A stretch of DNA of 64,000 bases from Candidatus Thorarchaeota archaeon (GTDB taxonomy: Archaea; Asgardarchaeota; Thorarchaeia; Thorarchaeales; Thorarchaeaceae), in the NCBI GenBank assembly GCA_013388835.1, contig JACAEL010000038.1, positions 171 to 64,170 on the forward strand, given 5' to 3'. A program made the translations under genes and the position numbers. Under the pieces are notes generated by a model. The model did no database searches. It was not told where the DNA came from and was given only the letters and a program-made list of their open reading frames with translations. Every line of letters starts with the position of its first letter. The stretch's first letter is position 1. Shown here piece after piece: positions 30,834-38,122 of this stretch.

Positions 30834-31068
30834 CTCTTAGGGTCATGGGGATGGAGCCGTGCGCCAGATACTGACAACCGAGTCGATGATACTTGCTGCC
30901 TGTCTCAGTGACGTACACCGTCACATCCCCATTGCTGCCAGACCCTGACGAAGTCAGGATGACTGCAGCCCCGGCTCCGACAACTATGGTGACTACCACC
31001 ATCACTATCAGCAGAGTCTGCTTGCTTGGTCCTTTCTTGAACTGACTACTAAGACCTTCCTTCTCCAT
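30772..31068 (-). CDS. Small N-terminally membrane-anchored protein with C-terminal Cys/His metal-binding-like motif (YH…C…C..C.P)
   Basis: TM LLIVMVVVTIVVGAGAAVIL, Ser/Gly linker, then KYHRLGCQYL…YTPCSVCHPP. Confidence 0.4.
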   Translation of the reverse strand: MEKEGLSSQFKKGPSKQTLLIVMVVVTIVVGAGAAVILTSSGSGSNGDVTVYVTETGSKYHRLGCQYLAHGSIPMTLRDAVSRGYTPCSVCHPPVYQP

Positions 31069-31449
31069 GGCGGCGTCGCCACCGGCATATATCTAGGGCG
31101 CACTTGTTAATCAATTCTCTTATGCCTTGTCAGTGGATTTGCAGTGCACGATCTCAGAGAATGGACCAATTGTCAATTTGGCTCATGAAACCTAATCAAT
31201 GACTAGAGATGTGCCAAGCGGCAATCCACCTGGAATGAAGATTGTGACAGTAGGGAACTCCTAGATGGACCTCAGCACGTGGTCCCTAAAGAGATCGGAC
31301 TCGCTATGAATCGCTCTCTCCGTTCCCAACGGTTGTGAAACGAGTGGCTGCAGCGTGTCCGAGACAAGACTCCACGGGTCGACTCACTGGTCGAAGCCTG
31401 CAGTCGCAACTCACCAGAAGATCACTTGCTGTGACGACTCCTACGAGAA

Positions 31450-31746
31450 TCAGTCTGCGTAGACATTAGCGGTCGCGGGAAGAACGCCAATGTGACGCCT
31501 TGTCGCTGTCGCTTGGCGTGGCATGTCCATCCCAAGTATCGACAAAGTCCGGGATGTTGGCGCTATGACTCCTGTCAGCATTCTCACCGCTGTGGTTTCG
31601 CCCCCACAATTCGGTCCGGGAAGACCGAAGACCTCGCCATGCCTCACGGTGAAGCTGATTCCGTCGACGGCGCGTACATCACCATAGAGTCTGACGAGGT
31701 CCTGAACGACTACGACCTCATCCACTGACGCCATCAGTCCGAGCAA
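31450..31746 (-). pseudogene. Truncated ABC-transporter ATP-binding protein remnant (N-terminal about 98 codons, degenerate Walker A)
   Basis: LVRLYGDVRAVDGISFTVRHGEVFGLPGPNCGGETTAVRMLTGV matches the ABC N-terminus. Walker A is degraded (GPNGAGKTT to GPNCGGETT) and the frame stops before Q-loop/signature/Walker B. Confidence 0.55.
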
Positions 31747-31902
31747 TCAGGGCTGTCGTCTGATCTCCGCAAGCTCATCCTTGATGCACTGCAGCTGATG
31801 GATCAAGTCCGCCATGCATTCCTCAAGATGTGATAGTCTCTCGTCCCGACTGAGCTTCTTGTGGTGTTCACCATAGTCACATCCGTGTCTGCATTTGGTC
31901 AT
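31747..31902 (-). CDS. Candidate 51-aa Cys/His-containing small protein
   Basis: Reverse-strand ORF ATG(31902)…TGA(31747): MTKCRHGCDYGEHHKKLSRDERLSHLEECMADLIHQLQCIKDELAEIRRQP. Compact, helical C-terminus; absent from the supplied ORF track because it is below 60 aa. Confidence 0.25.
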   Translation of the reverse strand: MTKCRHGCDYGEHHKKLSRDERLSHLEECMADLIHQLQCIKDELAEIRRQP

Positions 31903-31989
31903 GGAAACCACCTGTCACAGAGAGCTGAAGTGCTTGTACCATATAACTTATCGCTAGCATAATCAGCAGTGACTTCCGATGTGTGAAGC

Positions 31990-32382
31990 ATGTTAGAACG
32001 ATGTGAGTCCATTGGGTCGTGTCTGAGACCTCTGGAGAGCGTGATTCGACTCCTGAGCCATCAGTATACGGTCTCACTGGTCCTGCTGTCGGGAAGGACA
32101 GACGGCAGCCTGAGATACTCGCAGATAAGGGAGGGGCTTGCCAAGGAAGCAGAAGCCAGTATCAGCGACTCAACATTGTCAAGGACCCTCTCAGAGCTGG
32201 TCGACTTGGGAATCCTCAGCCGTAAGAGCTTCGACGAGATACCACCCCATGTGGAGTACTCCCTGACCGACTCGGGACGAGACCTGTTCCACATCCTTGA
32301 GGACCTCGGAGTGTGGTCGCGGGAACAGTGTCATCTGGGACAACTCAAGATCCCGAGCCATGGTCACGGACTCGGCGGATGA
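31990..32382 (+). CDS. HxlR-family winged-helix transcriptional regulator
   Basis: LESVIRLLSHQYTVSLVLLSGRTDGSLRYSQIREGL…SLTDSGRDL, a typical HxlR/MarR-like wHTH. Confidence 0.7.
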   Translation: MLERCESIGSCLRPLESVIRLLSHQYTVSLVLLSGRTDGSLRYSQIREGLAKEAEASISDSTLSRTLSELVDLGILSRKSFDEIPPHVEYSLTDSGRDLFHILEDLGVWSREQCHLGQLKIPSHGHGLGG

Positions 32383-32681
32383 TGCTCAAGAACATAGAGG
32401 GGATGCGACCGGAACCGCGCTCCCGACCATCTGACAATGGGAGCCATCATGGCTTCAACCGCCAGCACTCCGGCTCCGGACGCATTCCCATCTGGTGTTT
32501 CGTACGTAAGCACGAAGCATACTAGAGATAGAACAGACTCTCTGTGCATACCTTGTACTCCTGCGGGTCTACAGCAGCTGCCCAGAGGTCATACAGTCCT
32601 GATCCTGACGAAACAGTTAAGGCCGTTGGGTACGGATGTATGAATGAGAGAACCCACGCAAGGGCATCAGGTGAAAGAATA

Positions 32682-32957
32682 ATGGAAAGATTGGGCGCGG
32701 ATGTGGGAATAGGAGAACCCATGAGTGAATTGAACGAGATTGAAATGATAGGGAGAGTGAGGGAGTTGAAGGACATAAGCGAGAAGGCAGGTTTCAAGAT
32801 GGGGAATCGCATATGGGCAGTGGCAGGGAGGGACGGTGCGATGACTGTGAGGGCTGTGAATCTCGAGACCTTCATTGATGAACTGTGTGGATGCATAACT
32901 GTTGAAGGGGACTTGGACCCTCTGCGTCTCAAAGACACCTGGAGAACGGCGCCTTGA
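32682..32957 (+). CDS. Putative antitoxin partner of the downstream PIN toxin (VapB-like), family not recognised
   Basis: ORF overlaps the start of the PIN gene by 4 bp (ATGA arrangement). ATG at 32682 gives about 91 aa; the ORF is open from 32544. Confidence 0.3.
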   Translation: MERLGADVGIGEPMSELNEIEMIGRVRELKDISEKAGFKMGNRIWAVAGRDGAMTVRAVNLETFIDELCGCITVEGDLDPLRLKDTWRTAP

Positions 32958-33358
32958 TTCTAGTGGATTCCAACATCTGGGCATACTACTTCGACTCCAC
33001 TCTAGCTGAACACCCGCGGGTCAAATCACCACTTGAGAGAGCATTGAGGCAGGACGAGGCCGCGGTTAACGCGACGATAGTTGTTGAAACACTGCACTAC
33101 CTAGTCAAACGCTTGGGTTCAGAGATAGGGAGAGAGAAAGCAGGCATCTTCATGAACTACGGATTACCTCTGTACAGTCTGGATAGGTCAACACTGGTCT
33201 TGACGGCAGCCAAACTCTGCCAGTTCGGGCATCTTGGAATAGGAGGTCGCGATGCATCGATTCTGGCGACAATGGACATGAAGAGAATCAGGACCATCAT
33301 GACCCACGACCAAGCGTTCAAGCGTGTGCCAGAGATAGAAGTGATAGACCCTTGCTGA
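32954..33358 (+). CDS. PIN-domain ribonuclease toxin (VapC-like)
   Basis: MILVDSNIWAYYFD…, conserved acidic residues (D5, E/D about 40, D about 100: ILATMD), 134 aa. Confidence 0.75.
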   Translation: MILVDSNIWAYYFDSTLAEHPRVKSPLERALRQDEAAVNATIVVETLHYLVKRLGSEIGREKAGIFMNYGLPLYSLDRSTLVLTAAKLCQFGHLGIGGRDASILATMDMKRIRTIMTHDQAFKRVPEIEVIDPC

Positions 33359-33640
33359 GAGAGTCCAGAGCGCTAGGTAGCTCTCGATTACTGGGACACT
33401 TCGAATCGCTTGGGACACCACCCATAAGGGTTTCCAAGAACTCCTGTGCTACGGGACAACCAAGTGCAGAGCATCCAGAAATCATTCCAGACCTCCTGCT
33501 GGATGCTGACAACTGGCGCACATGGACGGAACAAGAGCCAACTGATTGTGAGGTGGGTCTTGACATGAGTCCCAACTGCTCAGCACATCTTCTGCGGCTG
33601 TGTTGTACTCGACTTCGAGGGGCAGTCCTTCCTGTCGCAC

Positions 33641-34417
33641 ATGTGCCAGCTATCACTCGAGGGATACCGACTACGCTATAAGGAGTCCAGACGGAAAACT
33701 CTGAGAATTGACTTGAGCATGCTTGTTGACTGGTCATTAGAGGCCTGGTTGTCCAGTGCACGGGCCCTTGTCAGTTGGAGCCGGTCTGTGAGAGCCGATA
33801 CATCCATTGCGCTCGTTGTCAGACACTCCCACAGGACCATCATCGCCGACTATGAGCAGGTACTGAGAGGGGGTCTTACCGAGACCGGCAAGGCTACCTC
33901 ATATGAGATGGGAAGACGGCTTGACACGAGGAGACCGGTGCACATGTTCACCAGCTTCGTCCCCAGATGTGCTGAGACGACAGAGCACATGGCGAGAGGA
34001 CTTGCTGATGCGGGTGGCACAGTGGTTGACATTGAACCACTACCCACTCTGGTCAAGCCCGAGCATACCGAGGAGAGAGTCTGGGAGAACCTACAACCGG
34101 ATGGGGACAATGTCATCGACTTCGTCAACAGGTGGTCAGATGGCACTCTCGGGGAGGGCATTGAGGAGTTCAGAGTCTTTGGTGCACGGCTCTGGTCAGA
34201 CACGGTAGAACGACTCTTGTCACAGCAGGACCCAGTCATGCACATCCATGTGACTCACGACCTCTCACTGATGAGCCTCAAGAGGCTTCTCCTTCGCAGG
34301 CCGTTGGTTGAAGCAGACCGAGAGCCATATCTGGGCGGAATTGGACTCGTTCGTACACACAGTGGTGTTCAGCTGTTCATTGGTCGTGACAAGAGCCTCA
34401 TCGAGATCATAGTCTAA
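33641..34417 (+). CDS. Histidine-phosphatase (PGAM-like) superfamily protein
   Basis: IALVVRHSHRT (RHG-type catalytic motif) followed by a TxxG…SS…R…T pattern. Confidence 0.4.
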   Translation: MCQLSLEGYRLRYKESRRKTLRIDLSMLVDWSLEAWLSSARALVSWSRSVRADTSIALVVRHSHRTIIADYEQVLRGGLTETGKATSYEMGRRLDTRRPVHMFTSFVPRCAETTEHMARGLADAGGTVVDIEPLPTLVKPEHTEERVWENLQPDGDNVIDFVNRWSDGTLGEGIEEFRVFGARLWSDTVERLLSQQDPVMHIHVTHDLSLMSLKRLLLRRPLVEADREPYLGGIGLVRTHSGVQLFIGRDKSLIEIIV

Positions 34418-34514
34418 GAGTCTGACGTCACAGGGGGTGGTGGTGTGGAGGAGGGGGATAGACTCACACTACAGTAAAAAGACGGCAATACAACTTCACT
34501 GTGAGTGAGATTCC

Positions 34515-35579
34515 ATGCAGTCACCGGAGCTGATACCACTCCTGGCGGTCTCGTCCTTCTGGAGTCTGGTCACCATGGTAGTGATAGCGAGGTCATGGTG
34601 GAAGACTCGTCTTCTGCCCACCCTCCTCTACAGTATAGCCATCGCATGCTTCTCCGGAATGGCGCTCGACCTTCTGCTCGACCAGTTCTGGATACCGTTC
34701 CGCGACTGGGAACTCTACATCGGTGTGAAACGACTCTGGTGGTCGAACGTCCTACTGGCCATCTTTGTTGTCACAGGTTTTCTCTGCTGGTACTTTGCGA
34801 TAATGTACTCTCAATATGAGACACCTCCGAGAAGCTCGATGCTTGTCGTCTTCTTGGTTGGCGCAGCCCTCGTCAGCGAGATAATGAAGGAGGACTGGTC
34901 GAGCAACATCCCCCTGCTCATAGAGGCGGCTGCTTTCAGCATCATAATAGTTGAGATACTCAGATACGCAAGACGAGTTCTGCCCACTGTCACAGATGCC
35001 GACCGCAGACTGGTCGTTAGGCTCTACTTCCTCGGGTTCATGGTCTGGATACTGGCCGCGCCACTGGGAGTCATCCTGGGAAACATCGGACCGGAGTTCG
35101 ACTGGGCTGCGTTCTCATGGCCGATTCCCTACTCGGCAGGCCTGTTCATGATCTCGATAGCGGTCTCGAGGAACCCAAGACTGCTCTTCATCAGCAAGGC
35201 ACGCCCGATGGACCTCATTGTGCTTGACAAGGATGGAGTTCTGTTGTTCAGTTACCGGTTCGTTGAGTCGTCGGCCAGTGTGGACCCTGAGCTGATGGGC
35301 TCAGCGATGTCCGGAATACTGTCGCTCATTCGAGAGATGCTCTCAAGCCAGAAGCAAGTTCATCGAATCGACCATGGCGACGCAAAGATACTGGTCGAGA
35401 GCGGCCCGATGACGACCTTCCTTCTTATCGTCACGGAGGAGACCGCCAGATTCAGGCAGTCGCTTCGCAACCTCCAGCTTGAGTTCGAAGCCAACTACAG
35501 AGAGGAACTGACAAGCTCGCCTTCTGTCACAAGCGCCTTCAGCGACTTCAAGTGGCGAGCCAGAGAGGTATTCCTGTGA
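34515..35579 (+). CDS. Multi-pass membrane protein (about 6-7 TM) with cytoplasmic C-terminal alpha/beta domain
   Basis: 354 aa; the hydrophobic N-terminal 230 aa are followed by a soluble region (MDLIVLDKDGVLLFSYRF…ILVESGPMTTFLLIV). Confidence 0.5.
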   Translation: MQSPELIPLLAVSSFWSLVTMVVIARSWWKTRLLPTLLYSIAIACFSGMALDLLLDQFWIPFRDWELYIGVKRLWWSNVLLAIFVVTGFLCWYFAIMYSQYETPPRSSMLVVFLVGAALVSEIMKEDWSSNIPLLIEAAAFSIIIVEILRYARRVLPTVTDADRRLVVRLYFLGFMVWILAAPLGVILGNIGPEFDWAAFSWPIPYSAGLFMISIAVSRNPRLLFISKARPMDLIVLDKDGVLLFSYRFVESSASVDPELMGSAMSGILSLIREMLSSQKQVHRIDHGDAKILVESGPMTTFLLIVTEETARFRQSLRNLQLEFEANYREELTSSPSVTSAFSDFKWRAREVFL

Positions 35580-35601
35580 GCCCGGAGACCTTAAACCATC
35601 C

Positions 35602-36081
35602 GTGTCACATGTAATGGTGGAGATGCAGACGATGAGCGAACTGTGGACCAGATGGCTGCTGTTTGCCTCACTGGGCGTCACGGTCGCGGGTGCATGCTTC
35701 GCCTTTGTCTTTCCCTACTTTCTTCCCCAAGTGTTGGAAGTCTATTTCTTCGAGCTCACAGGTGAAGGCTTTGCCTCGCTGTCGGCGGATGAGCTTCGAT
35801 TCTTCAACCTGCTCTCTGGAGTCATCGGTGGTACAATGTTTGGCTGGGGGCTTCTACTGACAATGCTCTCGCTCAGACTTCAAAGAGTGGACCAGGACTG
35901 GGCATGGGCAGCCCTTGCAGTGAGTGCCATTGGATGGTTCATTGTCGACACCACCGCGACCGTTCTTGTCAGGAGTCTCACAAACACGATTCTCAATCTC
36001 ACAATACTCCTTGTGATTCTTCCGCCGCTCGTTGCGCAGCGTGCAAGAGTCGTACAGGGAATGAAGCAGCTCATGCGATGA
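35602..36081 (+). CDS. Small integral membrane protein (4 TM)
   Basis: 159 aa hydrophobic ORF. Confidence 0.45.
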   Translation: MSHVMVEMQTMSELWTRWLLFASLGVTVAGACFAFVFPYFLPQVLEVYFFELTGEGFASLSADELRFFNLLSGVIGGTMFGWGLLLTMLSLRLQRVDQDWAWAALAVSAIGWFIVDTTATVLVRSLTNTILNLTILLVILPPLVAQRARVVQGMKQLMR

Positions 36082-36126
36082 TGGCATGAGACGCCAGACT
36101 CGACGCTGGTCCACTCTGCGTTCACA

Positions 36127-37056
36127 ATGACGGGCCTGCGTCCATGGTCCGAAGGTGATATCAGTCAGGAGACAGGAGGACGACCGGACATGAGAACACA
36201 GCACATCGGTAAGCGAGGAATGCTCTTCACGTTCGACGACCCCTACGTGACCAACTGCTACGCCATAGGACTGGACGCCAAGGTCATCCTCTGTGACACG
36301 TTCTGTGGGCCGGATGCGATGAGTCAAGTGATGGATGGCCTCAGAGCAGAGGGTCTTGACAGAGAGGTGTGGGTATTCAACACGCATGCGGACTACGACC
36401 ATGTGTGGGGCAACTGTGCCTTCAAGTCCTCGACAATCATCGGTCACAAGTCCTGTCGGGAGAGAATAGAATCTGAGGAGGCACGAACAGCTCTGGACAC
36501 ATACGCCGCTCACAGGAGAGGCAGAGTGTCTCTCGTGCCACCCAATCTCACGTTCACTGACAGGCTGGCCCTCCCTGAGGAGGACATCGAGTTCTTCTTC
36601 ACGCCAGGGCACACTCACGACTCATCATCATGCTATGACGCCCTTGACAGAGTGATTGTGGTAGGAGACAACATTGAGACCCCGATACCATATGTGAACG
36701 AGGACAACCTAGATCAATACATCTCCTCCATTGAGTCATGTCTGGTTCTCAACTCCGCCTGCATAATCTCGGGTCATGACAGCCCTCAGTATGACAGAAG
36801 GCTTGCACAGTCGAATCTGGAGTACCTGCAGGCCTTCAGAGACTGGTCTTTGGACATCGAGTCCCTTGAGGAGAGAGCACGCAGCATACACCTGACCAAT
36901 CTCATCACGCTGCTCAGCAGACGCTCGACCTCAAGCGTATGTGACAGGGCATCAGAGCATTGCCGGCAGGCACTTGCTGTCCTCCACAGGATGCCGCGGA
37001 GCGATGCAGTGAGAGAGGCCATCAGGGAGGTCTCAAGGTTCGTGCGGCCGCACTAG
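36127..37056 (+). CDS. MBL-fold metallo-hydrolase
   Basis: VFNTHADYDHVWGN (HxHxDH), later TPGHTHDS and GHD. Confidence 0.7.
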   Translation: MTGLRPWSEGDISQETGGRPDMRTQHIGKRGMLFTFDDPYVTNCYAIGLDAKVILCDTFCGPDAMSQVMDGLRAEGLDREVWVFNTHADYDHVWGNCAFKSSTIIGHKSCRERIESEEARTALDTYAAHRRGRVSLVPPNLTFTDRLALPEEDIEFFFTPGHTHDSSSCYDALDRVIVVGDNIETPIPYVNEDNLDQYISSIESCLVLNSACIISGHDSPQYDRRLAQSNLEYLQAFRDWSLDIESLEERARSIHLTNLITLLSRRSTSSVCDRASEHCRQALAVLHRMPRSDAVREAIREVSRFVRPH

Positions 37057-37910
37057 ACCTCCTCGAACTCGTCCTTCTTCAGTGCCAGACGCCGGGGATT
37101 GATGAACAGGCTCAGCTCGTACCGGTGCTGTTTCGGCTTGGCCTTTCCGTGGGTCAACATGTCGAGGCTGCGCTGAATGCGTTCACGAATGTCCTTTCGA
37201 TACCGGATGATGAGCGAGAAACACTGCAAGATCCTGCAGAACTGGTCGTTCTCGGCAAGTATGCGGTCATTGACTGAGACGACAAACTCACCACCGATGT
37301 CGCCGAACTTGCTGTCGATCTGTGCAACCTCTACACTCCCAGACAGCAACATGACCCGGAAGTCATCTCCTGCAGTTGCCCTCTTGCCCTCAATGTTGAA
37401 GACCTCGAAAGTCCCATCCGGACCGGGCATGTGGAACGAGTAGCTCTCCGTTGATGCCACTCCTCGTCTCAGTTGCCGAACATGGGTCACAATCTCCGTG
37501 TCCTTCGTGAGCACAGCAAAAGACACCAGTGGCATCTCTGAAGCGACGCTGTTAGCGTACTCATCGGCAACCATCTCCTCGGCAGACGCAATCCACTGTC
37601 CGGAGCTGGAGAACATCTTCACGACGAGCCGACGCTTCATCTCGTCCGGCTCCTGACCCCATGTCGAGTTTCTCAGGACTATGAAGCCTGTCTTCACTCT
37701 CGGCGGCAGGTTCTTCTCGCCGGGCTTCAGTCTGGCCTCCATTATCTTTCCGATTATGTCAGAGTCACTAGTGAACTGCCGGCTCTTGGCACGCCATTGT
37801 TCATCCTGCCTGATGCCAACCTCGTCTCCGTGAAACCCAGTGGCATACAGGTCTTGGCTCAACACGCGGTAGACAGTTGAACCGCCACGCTTCTCTGCTT
37901 CCTTAGACAT
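37053..37910 (-). CDS. Hypothetical protein (285 aa), immediately downstream of mutS on same strand
   Basis: Clean ORF, no recognised motif. Confidence 0.45.
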   Translation of the reverse strand: MSKEAEKRGGSTVYRVLSQDLYATGFHGDEVGIRQDEQWRAKSRQFTSDSDIIGKIMEARLKPGEKNLPPRVKTGFIVLRNSTWGQEPDEMKRRLVVKMFSSSGQWIASAEEMVADEYANSVASEMPLVSFAVLTKDTEIVTHVRQLRRGVASTESYSFHMPGPDGTFEVFNIEGKRATAGDDFRVMLLSGSVEVAQIDSKFGDIGGEFVVSVNDRILAENDQFCRILQCFSLIIRYRKDIRERIQRSLDMLTHGKAKPKQHRYELSLFINPRRLALKKDEFEEV

Positions 37911-38122
37911 TCACTCACCGCGATGGAGAGTAGCTTGAGGTTCTATATCAGGGTTGCTCGCAGGTGTCCCTCTCTCGACAGATGCTGACCACATCTGTGC
38001 GAGCCTGTTGTGACCACAGTGACATCTGCGGACTCCGATGCAGACTGAATGGCTGAGTGACCGGCTGACTGTGGTTTCAGGACACAATGGTGTGGCGCCG
38101 CAACGGGACCAGACACCAGCAC

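Noticed and set aside
32544-32681. Longer 137-aa version of the putative antitoxin ORF
   Set aside because: The N-terminal 46 codons add a Cys/Ser-rich unstructured extension. The shorter start at 32682 gives a size typical of antitoxins, but neither could be confirmed.
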